The translations under genes and the position numbers were made by a program. A DNA stretch of 64,000 bases from Methanotrichaceae archaeon (GTDB lineage: Archaea; Halobacteriota; Methanosarcinia; Methanotrichales; Methanotrichaceae), in contig CAVWIG010000028.1 of NCBI GenBank assembly GCA_963754945.1, positions 96,001 through 160,000 of the forward strand. Direction: 5' to 3'. Of this stretch, positions 31,220 to 42,957 are shown piece by piece (position 1 is the first letter of the stretch; every line of letters begins with the position of its first letter). A model generated the notes under the pieces. It ran no database searches. It was not told the origin of the DNA and saw only the letters and a program-made list of their open reading frames with translations.

Positions 31220-32538
31220 GAAAATAAACCCCCAGTCATGGCGTGATCCATTTTGTTTGTAAAGAAACGACTACCTGGAGAGATGAAGTCAGGTGGAGGG
31301 CATATCTTTGCGAGCATCGTGATAGCGATAAGAACCGGGCTATCCAGAATTGAGAAAGAAGAAGAAGGAAAAGAGCCAGGCGAAGCTTTATCTCGAGCAG
31401 CCAGGCGAAATGCTGTCCGTTTGATAGATGGTCCAAAACGATAAAAGACGTCTGAATCGAGGAGGGAGGGCGCTTTTCTTGGAGATAAATTAGAAAAATT
31501 ATCTTTCAAGTAGCGTCCTTGCACATTCATACGTTCGATGGGTGAGTTTTCGGCAATGTTCACGATACGATGGTTAGTATTTTCTATTGTTGATTTATCC
31601 ATAGAATCGCAAGCCCTTAAGTCAATCCAGCGAAGAGTGCTATTAAATATATAAATAGATAAAATTCTAATTATCAAATTGTATCTCGGCTCTTTTCTAT
31701 TCAAAGTCGCCACCTCACGCTAACAAATCTCGAACTGTTTAGTAAAATTGTTACTACTATTAGATAAATCCTTTGATCTATTAAGGTTATATTAATACAT
31801 ATAGTTAATTTTAATATAACATTTTTGTCATATCACAATATAGATTCTCGATTGAGAATACCGTGATATAGCTTTAATATCAAATATCGAGATGCACCGA
31901 TGATTAACCGCTAAGAACAAACTAGAACCAGCTAGATATATCGTTTATCATACATATTGTATAGTATTTTTATATACTAGAATAATATCGTTCGCTTTTC
32001 AAAAATTGGAGAAATTAGTATGGACTAATTAGAATATCCGACTGATAAATTTAATCGGTATGCGTACTGAATCGAATGGCAGTTAAATTGACTTAATTGA
32101 GAAATAATTTAAAAAGTTAAACGGCGGCTACCGCGAAGCAACTGAGGGCATCCAAGGTGCCGCCGCATGAAAGTGGAATCAGTTAAGCCAGATCCATTCC
32201 AGAGTTGAAAGATGTCCGTGGTAGTAGGAGCACATCCAAAGGAGGGCAAAGGATGAGAAGTTGTGAGCAGCGCCTCTTAGGTGCAAGGAAATATGGCGTC
32301 AGGTCGGCAATGCCAATATCCAGGGCTTGGAAACTGTGCCACCCATCTCAGGTTTATGGAGGACTTGAATCGATCCCAGCCTTCTATCTTAGAAAAAATT
32401 TAAATTCATTCAAGAGGCATGATATCTTGATGAGAGGCCGATTTGAGTTCACGATCTTGTTCATTTCCACCTGCAGACTTTCTGATCTGAGTATCGATGG
32501 CAGTGAGTCAACTTCGAGTTTATAAAGATGGTGTTTAT

Positions 32539-33756
32539 ATGAAGCTACATATTCTCGTAGTAATCCTGCTGATGGTGGGAACTGCTGAGGCAACAACTCT
32601 TAAGGTCTGTCCCAGCGGATGCGACTACACCAGTATACAGACAGCAATAAAGTATGCAGATCCTGGCGATATCATCAATGTGTCGGAAGGAACTTATAAA
32701 GAAAATATTGTGACCACCAAGCCAATCACAATAAATGGCGCTGGTATGGGTCATACTTATCTCGATGGCTCATATTCCGGTCCGGTGTTCACGATCGGCC
32801 CTGGACCATCCTCGATTGGTCCGCTGATCGTATCGTTATCAGATATGACCATTGAACATGGCAAGGCAGATTTTGGCGGAGGGATTTACAACCAAGGCAG
32901 TGGTTGGAACGAAGGCGATAGTGTAATAACGTTGACTGAATGCAATGTTACGCACAATGTGGCAAACGAGGGCGGCGGTGGGATTTGGAATGGCAGAGGT
33001 CTCATAAGATTAAATAGCAGCACCATAACCGCCAATATGGCGACACATCCAGGAGAACAAGGTGGTAGCGGGGGCGGCATTTACGACGATTCTTTGGCAA
33101 CGCTGAACATTAATGCTAATAGCTCCATAACAAATAATACGGCAGTCTACAGCGGCGGCGGAATTTCTAGTCAGGGAAGGGTGAACCTGAATAGTGGCAT
33201 CATAACTGGAAACAGGGCAGCGATCGGAGGGGGTGTTTACACCAATCTAGTGATAAACATGACTGGAGGTTCTATTTCCAATAACTCCGCAAATGTGGGA
33301 GGGGGCGTTTACAATGACCAGTCAGGAGGATTTGTAACGCTACAACTAAACTTGACCGGCGGATCGATTGACCATAACTATGCAGAAACCTATGGCGGAG
33401 GTATTTATAATAACCAGGGGTTGGTGAATCTGACCGGGACCTCGATTGACCATAACCGTGCCAGAATGTTCGGAGGTGGAGGCATTTATAATAACCTCGG
33501 CTGGGTGAATCTGAACGGCAGCTCGATAAGCAACAACCATGCTGGAAGCTATGGCGGAGGCATTTATGATAACGTCGATACCGGCTCAGGGCTCTACAGC
33601 ACTGTGAACCTTATCAGTGGCTCTATAGATCATAACATAGCAAAGGCAAAGCTTTCAGGTGGTGGCATTTACAACGTATACGGCACAGTGATAACAGGCA
33701 ACAGAAGCTTGGTGCACGAAAATACTCCGGATCAAATCAGAACCGTAGGATCGTAA
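32539..33756 (+). CDS. secreted beta-helix protein with GGGIYN (Pmp-like) repeats
   Basis: Signal peptide MKLHILVV..AEA; YTSIQTAI; many N.A..GGGIYN repeats. Confidence 0.85.
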   Translation: MKLHILVVILLMVGTAEATTLKVCPSGCDYTSIQTAIKYADPGDIINVSEGTYKENIVTTKPITINGAGMGHTYLDGSYSGPVFTIGPGPSSIGPLIVSLSDMTIEHGKADFGGGIYNQGSGWNEGDSVITLTECNVTHNVANEGGGGIWNGRGLIRLNSSTITANMATHPGEQGGSGGGIYDDSLATLNINANSSITNNTAVYSGGGISSQGRVNLNSGIITGNRAAIGGGVYTNLVINMTGGSISNNSANVGGGVYNDQSGGFVTLQLNLTGGSIDHNYAETYGGGIYNNQGLVNLTGTSIDHNRARMFGGGGIYNNLGWVNLNGSSISNNHAGSYGGGIYDNVDTGSGLYSTVNLISGSIDHNIAKAKLSGGGIYNVYGTVITGNRSLVHENTPDQIRTVGS

Positions 33757-33768
33757 TTGAGCCTAAGT

Positions 33769-33794
33769 AGTGGAGAGCTCAACAGCTCTCCACT
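33769..33794 (+). terminator. hairpin after beta-helix gene
   Basis: AGTGGAGAGCT-CAAC-AGCTCTCCACT, with a T-rich tract shortly downstream. Confidence 0.55.
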
Positions 33795-33813
33795 CGGCTA
33801 AACTTTTCTTTGA

Positions 33814-35730
33814 CCGGAGTTTATAAGATCTTTTAAAAAACGGTCGTTACATGTTGAAAGATGTAGGGTCTAAGGAAGAATTAATTCATTCTGGAAGATA
33901 TTGGCCGAGTTGGAGTTTGCTGAAGACGTCTGCAGTATTTTTGTTCATGTCTTCGACCACAAAATCGAATTTCGTTCTGCTCGCTTCATGAGCTTCTGCG
34001 TTGTAGATAACACCAAGCCTTACTTGATCCAAATAGTGTGCCAATCGTTCTATCGATAATTCGGAATCATTAATAACATAGAGCAGATAATTATATAATA
34101 AGATTCCGACGACACATAAGAACACATGTGCCCTGATTTTACTATCTTTGCGGACATACGTTGGTTTCAAGGGTATCAACAATCGATCTTTTAACCATGC
34201 GATATCCGTTTCAATTTGGTTGCGCGAATCATACAATTCCGATATCTGGCGCGAAGTTAATTCCATCATATCCGTAAATATGACGGTTTTTCCCATAGAA
34301 GATACATGCTCTTGGATGCGAGTTTCGTTCAGCTGGAAATCGAGCTGCAACTTTCGATCTACTTCGACAACCTTATAATCAAATAAACCGCGATATTGCT
34401 TTGGAATTGCATCTACAACCCGATTGATCAGACCCTTTGGAGTCAATTTTCTACCTTTGCCATTTCTGTTTAATTTTAATTTTATATTCTCTATATCATT
34501 TAGAATTTCATCTTTAACTCGGTTCCATTCAGCTAGCTGTTTTTGTTGAGTTCGTTCGTTATATCTAATTATTCCTATAAAATCATGACTATACCAGCGT
34601 TTTGCTGTTCGATAGGCCCTTAAGGGATTTTCATGGGCGTTCGTCCAAGTCTCATTGAATTCCGAAATCGGAATCTGAAAGAGTTCTTTGCACATCGACT
34701 CAGGCAAGGAACCGACAACATGCATTCGCTCCACTGCTTTTTGAATATTTTCTGTCGAATTCATACCCCGATCAAATATTATCGCGATGTCTTTTGCAGG
34801 AATATCGATATCATGAAGCCTTTTGCAGATACCATCAATCAGACCAGAGAATAATTGTGTATCGTTCTTATTTGCAGGATATACAAATGAGTTGAACGGA
34901 ATATTATGATCCGATGTGGTCAATCCTATTCCGATCAGATTCTTATCGTATCTCTTCTCTTTTGAGTTCCCTTTTTGTGGTAAGTTTTCACCATGATTGA
35001 TATGAGTATAAAAATTCGTGGTGTCAAATATCAGTCGTGTAGGTTTAAGTCCGCGTTTGATCAAGGTACGAGATATATCAAGTTCGATGTTCTGAATGGT
35101 TTTTTCATCTAATTCATTCATATAATTGAGAAAGTTTTGACTAGAGAGTTTATATTTCGGATTCCAAAAGAATTGAAGCGAACTTTCTTTGAAGTATTCA
35201 TCGAGAACGTTCCTACTTAAGGCATGCTCAGATCTACCTATGATTATCAGAAGAAGGTATTGTGCAGGAGTAAGGCCACCGAGCTTCTTTCGATCAATAT
35301 TTCGGTTTATGCTATCCGTCAAACCTACTTCTTCAGCGGCCTTTATGAAGGCGGCAGGTTTCCCAAAAGAAAAAGAAGCAATATGGGCGGGCTTTTTCAA
35401 AGAAAAAAGATCATTGACTTTATCAGGAGATCCTACGCATTTTTGCATCACTTGGACTACCTTTCCATTTATGCGTTGGTTCTCGATGAGATAGAGATAT
35501 TTGCGCCCTTTTATGGTCTTTATCTTGAAGTGCACAACATATATTAGACCCTACAAGTGGATAAATGTTTCGATCATCTAATTGATGATGAAACCAAAAA
35601 AATAGATTCAATAAGCGTGTTTATCATAAGATCACTAAACGACCATGCCACAAGAAAATATAAAAATTTGTTAGACCCTACAAGAAACGATACGTGCTGA
35701 TGGGCTGGGTCAATATTTTATAAACTTCGG
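33814..35730 (-). mobile_element. IS1634-family insertion sequence
   Basis: Imperfect TIRs CCGGAGTTTATAAGAT / CCGAAGTTTATAAAAT; TTTGA direct repeat at 33809-33813 and 35731-35735. Confidence 0.85.
33886..35535 (-). CDS. IS1634-family DDE transposase
   Basis: GRKYLYLIEN.RINGK, IFDTTNFY, GNSKEKR.D, IFDRG, Y..R..IE, IRAHVFLC. Confidence 0.9.
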   Translation of the reverse strand: MHFKIKTIKGRKYLYLIENQRINGKVVQVMQKCVGSPDKVNDLFSLKKPAHIASFSFGKPAAFIKAAEEVGLTDSINRNIDRKKLGGLTPAQYLLLIIIGRSEHALSRNVLDEYFKESSLQFFWNPKYKLSSQNFLNYMNELDEKTIQNIELDISRTLIKRGLKPTRLIFDTTNFYTHINHGENLPQKGNSKEKRYDKNLIGIGLTTSDHNIPFNSFVYPANKNDTQLFSGLIDGICKRLHDIDIPAKDIAIIFDRGMNSTENIQKAVERMHVVGSLPESMCKELFQIPISEFNETWTNAHENPLRAYRTAKRWYSHDFIGIIRYNERTQQKQLAEWNRVKDEILNDIENIKLKLNRNGKGRKLTPKGLINRVVDAIPKQYRGLFDYKVVEVDRKLQLDFQLNETRIQEHVSSMGKTVIFTDMMELTSRQISELYDSRNQIETDIAWLKDRLLIPLKPTYVRKDSKIRAHVFLCVVGILLYNYLLYVINDSELSIERLAHYLDQVRLGVIYNAEAHEASRTKFDFVVEDMNKNTADVFSKLQLGQYLPE

Positions 35731-35874
35731 TTTGAACATGAATATAGATATTCAGTTCTATCTCCAAAATAGCGCGATGGCGGAAAGACAGATCCGAGAT
35801 ATTTTGGAGTTGTTTCGGAATCTAGGCATCTGTTTGATGAGGAATGAAATAGTTTGAGAGAACTCTGGCAAAGC

Positions 35875-36327
35875 CTAACTCCTGATCTCGAAAGCATGCG
35901 TTTTATTTTCTTGATCCAATATGTCGCCTGAAGGCAACTTCAACTGAACGCTCTCATTGTACCAGCCGTCCGGAGCTCTAAGAGTCCCGTTTTGTCCTAC
36001 TAAATCGAGAGCTGTCGAGGTCGAACCATCCCATCTTGAAGTTCCAACATCAGGAAGCGTAAAATGTTCATCTTCTCTTGGTTTATACACCCTTCCATCC
36101 GACCCGGTGAATCTTACAATTAACCAAGCTTCTTGAGAGATAAAACCGTTATTGGAGATATTTACTTCGGTATTAATCGGGTTATAAATCCCGTATGTCC
36201 CATTTGGCCATTTAACTTCTTTCATGCACGCGCTAACATCACAGTGACCATCGTCGGCGGCTCCCTTCAGCGTTAGCGTGAGAAGCACCAAAACAACTGA
36301 CAACAAAGCTCGGTTCATAAATATCAC
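35875..36327 (-). CDS. secreted hypothetical protein
   Basis: Signal peptide; 150 aa. Confidence 0.6.
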   Translation of the reverse strand: MIFMNRALLSVVLVLLTLTLKGAADDGHCDVSACMKEVKWPNGTYGIYNPINTEVNISNNGFISQEAWLIVRFTGSDGRVYKPREDEHFTLPDVGTSRWDGSTSTALDLVGQNGTLRAPDGWYNESVQLKLPSGDILDQENKTHAFEIRS

Positions 36328-36466
36328 CTGATGATTCTAATTATTATGGGTCTTCTACTATTATAAATTTTAGTTTCTACAGTTGGCCGAATCCGGACCT
36401 GCGGACTCGGCTGGTATTCTCATCCCCGTTTGTACCTCGAAACTCCAAGTTTTAGTATGGAGAAGC

Positions 36467-36802
36467 TCAAGACTTTATCATCACCAATAGCATTTTGAAT
36501 TTGCTCAACGCTTTAAGGGCATGAGGCTCATTGGCAGGCAAGATCACGACCTCCCCTTGATTCAGATGGTAAGATTTGCCAGAGATACTAAACTCGACTT
36601 CTCCATCCACAACATACACAAGCGCATCAAATGGAGCGGTGTGCTCGCTTAGCCCCTGACCTACATCAAAAGCGAATAGTGTTACCGTACCAGTGCTCTT
36701 GCGAATTATCTCTCGGCTCACAACCGAGCCATCCTGATAGTTCACCAAATCCTTCAGCGGCTCTACTTTCGGCTGGCTGTTAATATTCTCTTTTTCTGTC
36801 AT
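36467..36802 (-). CDS. cupin domain protein
   Basis: TLFAFD.GQGLSEHTAPFDA, PANEPHAL. Confidence 0.9.
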   Translation of the reverse strand: MTEKENINSQPKVEPLKDLVNYQDGSVVSREIIRKSTGTVTLFAFDVGQGLSEHTAPFDALVYVVDGEVEFSISGKSYHLNQGEVVILPANEPHALKALSKFKMLLVMIKS

Positions 36803-37517
36803 TACTGCCCCCTCTTTGTGGCTTTAATGATGAACTCATTCCGATTGTTCATCGGGCCAAACACAACCTTCTTGAATTAGTTAGAGCCATGAAACTATTA
36901 AAATCTTGGTCTGAAAGCGGCTTTCCCCAAGCTATTTGACAGGAGAAACCTCTCCGGGGCCAGCTTCGTGAGAGGAATCTGATCGCTTGCAGCGTTCACG
37001 TCTGCGACCATACGATCACGTTAAAAACTTCGCGTTTTCTGGCCCTTCTGTACTATGATCTTTTGCAAGCCCGCCATTTAACTATGGTGGAATCGCTATG
37101 TTGAACCGTATTTGGAACTTAGCGAACCAATAAGGAACCAAAAAACGCACTTATTATATTGATTTATTTTAAATGTCTTCACAGAGAACAGCGAGTAATA
37201 GTATGTTGAGAGATAGTGCTCACCGGCCTGGGATTACTTCAGAGTTAGCCTTCGTTCGCCTTTATTCATTTGACTGCGCAGAGCTACGATGATTAACCAC
37301 TTATCATGCAACAGAAATATAAACATGGGAATCTATTAGGAAGCCAGTATTACCACCTCGTTCTCCGCGTGTCTTGGCTTTATATGCTTTTTTATAAAAT
37401 ATTTTTTTGATCCAAACAACCAGATCCCGCATTTACCTGGCGAAAGCGACTCGCCGGTGTGATACGTTCCGAAGACCATCACTTTATTACCTGGCTTAAT
37501 TCTCGGATCAGAAAAAC

Positions 37518-38788
37518 GGTAGTGTGCCGAGATTTCTGTAATTTGGAGTTGCCCTGTATCCCAACATACTCAATCAGCATCCATAGATAAATACTTTTTA
37601 GCGGTCAGCCATTCTTCGTTGATATCGATGAGGATCGAAACCCCTAACCTCATGAACGAGCTCTCACTTGGGAAGGCACCGACTACCCTGGATCTTCTTT
37701 TCAGCTCCTTGTTGATCCTCTCCAGCCCGTTTGTAGTCCGAATCCTTCTCCAGTGACCTCTGGGGAATGCCCTGTAATTCCACAGACTGAATCTGAAGCG
37801 GTCGATAGTGTCAGCAGATTTCGCATAACCTCTTTCCCTCAATTCTTTCGCTAAGTCCTGTATCTTGATTTCGTCTTCCAGAGCGATCTTGATCTTATCG
37901 GCGATCTCCTTATGATACTTCTTGGCAACGTTTCTCAAGACCGCTCTTGAAAAGTGAACGTGACACATTTGCCATGAAGCACCAAGAAATGATTTCTCAA
38001 CCGCTTTCTGGATTCCCTTATGACCATCTGATATCACGAGCTTTACTCCGGACAACCCACGATCCGCCAGATCTTGAAATAATCCCGACCAGAAGAGTTC
38101 ATCTTCACTGTCAGCTATTCTTGCGCCAAGTATCTCGCGATAACCGTCATCTCTAACACCTGTGACGATCATGAAAGCTTTGGTAACATATCTTGATTCT
38201 GTTCTTACTTTGAAGTAGCTTGCATCTACATAAAGATAAGGAATAGGACGTTCGATAGGTTTCTTCAGGAATTCTTCTACCTTCTCGTCAAGCTCTTTGG
38301 ATATCCTGGAAACGCTAGAGGCAGATAAATTCTCGATGCCAAATCGAGAGACAATATCTTGGATTCTCCTGGTTGAAACCCCCTGGAGATACGATTCGAG
38401 TACAGCGTTGACCAAAGCCTTCTCTACGCGCGAAAATCTGTCGAACACCTTGGTTTCGAAGGAAATTTCACGGAATTGAGGTTTCTTGAGTCGGAGCTCT
38501 CCAACTCGCGTCTTCAGAGATCTTTCCTTGTAGCCATTCCTATGTGCCTTTCGGGATTCGACTCTCTGATACGGTTCTGCATCTGCCTGTTGCGCCGCTT
38601 CTAGCTGCATTACAAGGTTCAAGAACCAGGTCAGAAGCTTCTTTAGTCCATCTTCCTGATCGATAAGGTAATCTTCCAAGAGTGCTATGGGTATCATGGT
38701 CCTGTGTCCTCCTTTTCTCAAGATTGGATAGGATACAGGGCCGATAATCATTCTTATTATCAAAGTACAGAAAAATCGTTACACTGCC
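37518..38788 (-). mobile_element. IS256-family insertion sequence
   Basis: 28-bp imperfect TIRs (22/28 match); 8-bp duplication AGAAAAAC at 37510-37517 and 38789-38796. Confidence 0.92.
37570..38697 (-). CDS. IS256-family transposase
   Basis: RNGY..R.LKTRVG, GVSTR, YVDA, VISDGH.G, WQMC.VHF, TTNGLER.NKE.KRR. Confidence 0.95.
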   Translation of the reverse strand: MIPIALLEDYLIDQEDGLKKLLTWFLNLVMQLEAAQQADAEPYQRVESRKAHRNGYKERSLKTRVGELRLKKPQFREISFETKVFDRFSRVEKALVNAVLESYLQGVSTRRIQDIVSRFGIENLSASSVSRISKELDEKVEEFLKKPIERPIPYLYVDASYFKVRTESRYVTKAFMIVTGVRDDGYREILGARIADSEDELFWSGLFQDLADRGLSGVKLVISDGHKGIQKAVEKSFLGASWQMCHVHFSRAVLRNVAKKYHKEIADKIKIALEDEIKIQDLAKELRERGYAKSADTIDRFRFSLWNYRAFPRGHWRRIRTTNGLERINKELKRRSRVVGAFPSESSFMRLGVSILIDINEEWLTAKKYLSMDAD

Positions 38789-40007
38789 AGAAAAACCCCA
38801 TGGTATCGGAGAAATGGGTGCAAATGTCGTCACATTTATCACCCTGCTGCAAGGCCGAGGACCGAATATAACATGATCTACCTTTATGGTCCAATAAGAT
38901 CCGCCGCCGAAGCCAGATGGTTTGTGAAAAGCAAGTGCAGTTCCAACCAGTTTGATCTCCGTAGGGGCTTCCTTTAAGTAGAAATCCTCAGATCCATGTA
39001 GTGTAATCACGCTGTTAGATTCAATTGCACCAAAGACCCAAACTCTATCACCTGCCTTCAATCCTGGATCCACTTTCCCCCATGGTGGCGGAATTGACTG
39101 GAATGTCTTCACCTTTACGCAGGGTGTGATGTTTTGCGGGCCAACCTGTATCTCATCCACTTTGACGGTCCAGTAGCTCGGCGCACCAGGCACGGTTCCC
39201 TGATGGAATTCGCATAAAGTGCCAATGAAGTAGACCGCTGAAGACCCAGCATTTTGACCTTCGGCAGACGTGTTATGATCGTCAATAGTCGATTGGGCCG
39301 ATCCCACAAACAGAGCTAAGGCTAAAAAGAGACTCATCCATGCAGTTAACTCGATTCTCTTCATAACATCTCCCCAAACTTCTGAAGTATATGAGATCTA
39401 TGAGATAAATACTTTTCACTGTTTTATTTATGTGATGCCAAATGATGAGGTCCGTTAGTTCCTCGCACATGAAATCAATTTATCTGATAGACACATTCCT
39501 GTAAATAGAAAACGTAACTCTTATCGAGGCGTGTTTCGGACCACGAACCCGATAAAACCCGACCACAAAGACAGAATAAACAGCTAAACCGGATTTACAG
39601 CTAGCTCTGCTATGGGCGTAGAACTCGACGCTGAATACAATAATTATTGACAAATTTTATGCATAATTCAGAGATGTATGATTGTCCCGAAACGTATGAA
39701 CAGCGGTATTCCAAAGGTGCAAAATTAGAACTAGCTGCTGGATAAACTGGAATGAGGCGCTGGTGGCAACCGTTGGCAAGCCCGCCATTCAATTCGACTA
39801 CACGTCAATTCTGTTTGGAGATCTTGCTTCCAAACTTCAGATCAAGAATTACGTAATTTATTGAGGGATATAACGAAGGTTCTTGCCTGCAGATTTCCAG
39901 CCCTTCTGAAAATGATTTGCTTTCTACTTGTGCACATCAACCAACGACATACTTCTTATTTTCGAAACCCTTATAGGGGCCGGTAAAGTCTTGACATAAG
40001 TCCTTGC

Positions 40008-41201
40008 TCAGGAAAAATCGGCCAGGCTGGCCTGAGCTGTTCCTGTCGCCAGTTTTGTGTACGGCTTCCATTTGCCCATTGGCGTGGCAATCCTTCTTCC
40101 CATCTCCCCCAGGGCCTCTTTCAGCGTGGTGAACCTCTTGGGCAGAGCCATCATGGCCTTTCGCGCCACTTCCCTGACCACCCACACGCCCAGAGGAGCC
40201 CAGTAATCCTCGGAGATCTCCCGGACGGCCAGTACGGATGCTTGCCTTCCCATCGCCGCCAGCCGCTCCAAAACAGCCAGACGAGCTGCATAGTAGCCGC
40301 CAGCCAGGGAGCTGTAATCCTTCTTGCCCCTCGGCCCTTCGCTGTCCGATCCGATGAAACCGTCCGGAGACCAGACCGATCTAGGCATCCATATCTCTAC
40401 CAGCTCGAAGCTGTAGGCTCCTGGAAGGAAAAGGATCTCGAAGTGGTTGCCCAGATCCTCCCCAGAGTAAAGCTGATAGCCGCCGATGAATGGCTTGTCG
40501 AGGACAGCCTCCTTCAGGGACTTTCCTATCATGTCGTCCGAGGCTGTGATGGACCATCTTGTGGGAACTAGCCTTCTATCCTTGCCCATTAGCCCAAGGG
40601 AGAGGAGCCTTGAGATGTGATCCACATTAATGCCCGAGGAGTAAAGTTCAGCCGCCGCAGTAGCTGCACCAGTGGCAGGGTCCTCCACAATCCTGTCTAC
40701 CTTTCTGGGGATGACAGGGTTTGTGGTTATCTCCATCTCCTTTAGCACGCCCGCCGGACCTGTGGGAGAAAGCACTCCGTCAAAACGTAGGCTCCCTCGC
40801 GGCGGCTTCAAAAAAATTACCTCAGTCCCTACTGGCGCTGAGGACATAGCTATCTGCTGTGCAGTCTCAAGCAGCCTTCCCGGCTCCCTGGCCTCATGCA
40901 CGCCGATCCTCGCCTCCGATCTGACTAGAGATGCCCTATGAGCTATTATCTCCCCGATGTCCATACCCAAAGATGGCATGCTTTGCTCCTGCACGGGCTC
41001 TCCGGCTGGTATCATGGGTCCGGCTCTGACTATCGGGTAGCCGTGTCGGCCAACGAAGACTTCCGGGGGCGAGAATCCCTCGATGGACAGGCCGATCTTT
41101 GGCAGAGCCGCTATCTCCTCGAACCTCCTCAGAATGGGACAGACCAGCCTGCCGCAGAACCCTCGGCCCTTGCAAGAGATGCACTGGCTCACACCTCTCA
41201 T
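40008..41201 (-). CDS. nreA: Nre-family DNA repair protein
   Basis: C..CKG...CG...CP, SPP.VFVG..GYP, LVPTRWSITA.DD, GGYYAARL, PLGVW.VRE, PIP-like QASLADF. Confidence 0.88.
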   Translation of the reverse strand: MRGVSQCISCKGRGFCGRLVCPILRRFEEIAALPKIGLSIEGFSPPEVFVGRHGYPIVRAGPMIPAGEPVQEQSMPSLGMDIGEIIAHRASLVRSEARIGVHEAREPGRLLETAQQIAMSSAPVGTEVIFLKPPRGSLRFDGVLSPTGPAGVLKEMEITTNPVIPRKVDRIVEDPATGAATAAAELYSSGINVDHISRLLSLGLMGKDRRLVPTRWSITASDDMIGKSLKEAVLDKPFIGGYQLYSGEDLGNHFEILFLPGAYSFELVEIWMPRSVWSPDGFIGSDSEGPRGKKDYSSLAGGYYAARLAVLERLAAMGRQASVLAVREISEDYWAPLGVWVVREVARKAMMALPKRFTTLKEALGEMGRRIATPMGKWKPYTKLATGTAQASLADFS

Positions 41202-41237
41202 TAATCCTTTATAGGATATATCCGCTACCATTCTATC

Positions 41238-41576
41238 ATGGATGCTCTGATTCCGACCATCGCCCAGGATTATGCTACCGGCGAGGTGCTCATGCTGGCC
41301 TATATGAACGACGAAGCCCTGGCCAAGACCAGGGAGACCGGAAAGGCTCACTACTGGTCCAGGTCCAGGAAGAAGTTGTGGTTGAAAGGGGAAACCTCCG
41401 GAAACTTCCAGCTGGTCAGGGAGATCAGGATCGACTGCGATTACGATGCCATCCTCCTTCTCGTGGAGCAGAAGGGAGGGGCCTGTCACACTGGCTATCG
41501 GTCCTGCTTCTACCGAACTGTGGATGGAAAAATCGTAGGCGAGAAGATCTTCGAGCCAGAGGACGTCTATCGATGA
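41238..41576 (+). CDS. hisI: phosphoribosyl-AMP cyclohydrolase
   Basis: [30 protein letters not shown]. Confidence 0.96.
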   Translation: MDALIPTIAQDYATGEVLMLAYMNDEALAKTRETGKAHYWSRSRKKLWLKGETSGNFQLVREIRIDCDYDAILLLVEQKGGACHTGYRSCFYRTVDGKIVGEKIFEPEDVYR

Positions 41577-42673
41577 CCTCTGAAGGCCGGTCCTATAGCC
41601 TGTTCAATCACCCGCTTCTTCAGGCCACATGCTCTTTGAAGGACGGCCGGATGACGACCGAGGCCCAGGGGCCTTTGTCGATTATGCCAGGTGTGAGGTC
41701 TGCAATGGGGATGATCGATGGACAGGTTCCCGCTCTTGCGGGAGAGAAGCTGTTCATATCCACCTGGACGCCTCCTGTGCCGAGCGTTGCATTTCAGAGA
41801 TTGGCCCAGAGCCAAATCAAGGCCGCTTTGGGCATAAGAACTCCTGATCAGGTAACCATCTCCATAACCGAGAAGTGCCCAAACAGGTGCATTCACTGCG
41901 CTCTGCCGGATTCTGGGAGACATCTACGGCTAGAGCCTGAAAAGATCAAAGAAATAATTTCTCAAATCCTGAAAATGGGAACTACCCTTGTGATCTTCGA
42001 TGGAGGAGAACCGACCACTTACAAAGAGCTTCCTGAGCTGGTAGCCTCGGTGGGTGATCGCGCCATATCCACGCTCTTCACCTCAGGCGCGGGCTTTAGC
42101 GAAACGCTAGCCGGACGGCTGAAGGAAGCCGGGCTTTATGCTGTCAACGTCAGCCTGGACAGCCCTGTCCCCGAGGAGCACGACGCAATGCGAGGTCGGT
42201 ACGGTGTCTTCCGGGATGCTATGCGGGCAGCGGAGTATGCAAAGGATGTCGGCCTGCTTGTGGATCTGTACGTAGTGATTCGGCATGATAATATACATCA
42301 CCTTCAGGAGTTCCACAATCTGGCTAAGAGAATAGACGCAAACGAACTGACTTTCTTCGAGGTTGTCTCGGTCGGTCGCTGGTCAGGCAGAACAGACGTG
42401 TCCCTCACCTCTGCGGATCAAGCAGCCCTGGGCAACTTTGTGTCCCGTTCGAGAGCCCCCAGAATCTTTTCAGTCCCCGCGGCACGGAAGCGTTTCGGCT
42501 GCTTCGCCGGGCGAACATGGTTGCACATTACCCCTGGCGGCGACGTCTACCCTTGTGCATGCATGCCTCAGTCCTTCGGCAGCATCTACCAGGAGCCGAT
42601 ATCCAAGATCTGGCAAAAGATGGCCAACCTTCCCTTCAAGGGCAGCAAGGTCTGTCCCATGCGTAAGAGTTGA
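41573..42673 (+). CDS. radical SAM protein with SPASM/twitch-like C-terminus
   Basis: [17 protein letters not shown]...G.VYPC; ATGA overlap with hisI. Confidence 0.85.
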   Translation: MTSEGRSYSLFNHPLLQATCSLKDGRMTTEAQGPLSIMPGVRSAMGMIDGQVPALAGEKLFISTWTPPVPSVAFQRLAQSQIKAALGIRTPDQVTISITEKCPNRCIHCALPDSGRHLRLEPEKIKEIISQILKMGTTLVIFDGGEPTTYKELPELVASVGDRAISTLFTSGAGFSETLAGRLKEAGLYAVNVSLDSPVPEEHDAMRGRYGVFRDAMRAAEYAKDVGLLVDLYVVIRHDNIHHLQEFHNLAKRIDANELTFFEVVSVGRWSGRTDVSLTSADQAALGNFVSRSRAPRIFSVPAARKRFGCFAGRTWLHITPGGDVYPCACMPQSFGSIYQEPISKIWQKMANLPFKGSKVCPMRKS

Positions 42674-42957
42674 GTTCCAATGCCTTCGGATACGATACCC
42701 CATATTTCCCATTTCGAAATGTTGAGACGAATCAACAACTTCAATGATTGTCCCGATTATATTGATAGTTAATATTATATCCATTAATAGCAAACTATGT
42801 TTGCCACCATCGGTTAGAAAGACGCGAGCCGCAAAGAATTTATTTTCAATTTCCGGAAAAAATATCAATAAAATAGGGATTCAATCTGTGATCCGAGCTG
42901 ATGTAGATTTCTATTCCGTATTTGGATCACCAATAAATCTTATATAGGGCATTAGTC

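Larger units (their letters stand above)
37336..39364 (-). pseudogene. secreted two-repeat beta protein interrupted by IS256
   Basis: 5' part ends ...PIPWGFS at the IS; 3' part resumes in frame DPRIKPGNKVMVFG...VILAS* beyond the duplication. Confidence 0.85.

Noticed and set aside
31216-32525. ORFs 31216..31713 and 32205..32525
   Set aside because: No recognisable motifs; more likely intergenic or decayed DNA.
36897-37011. Short minus-strand ORF containing ADVNAA, reminiscent of the TnpB C-terminus
   Set aside because: Only six residues match, with no Zn finger or other RuvC motifs.
38540-38788. C-terminal part of the 274-aa ORF 38540..39364
   Set aside because: Read-through into IS256; the real C-terminus lies on the far side of the element.
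41099-41572. Long N-terminal extensions of the Nre (493 aa) and radical SAM (524 aa) ORFs
   Set aside because: They overlap hisI; family motifs begin at ATG 41201 (-) and ATG 41573 (+).
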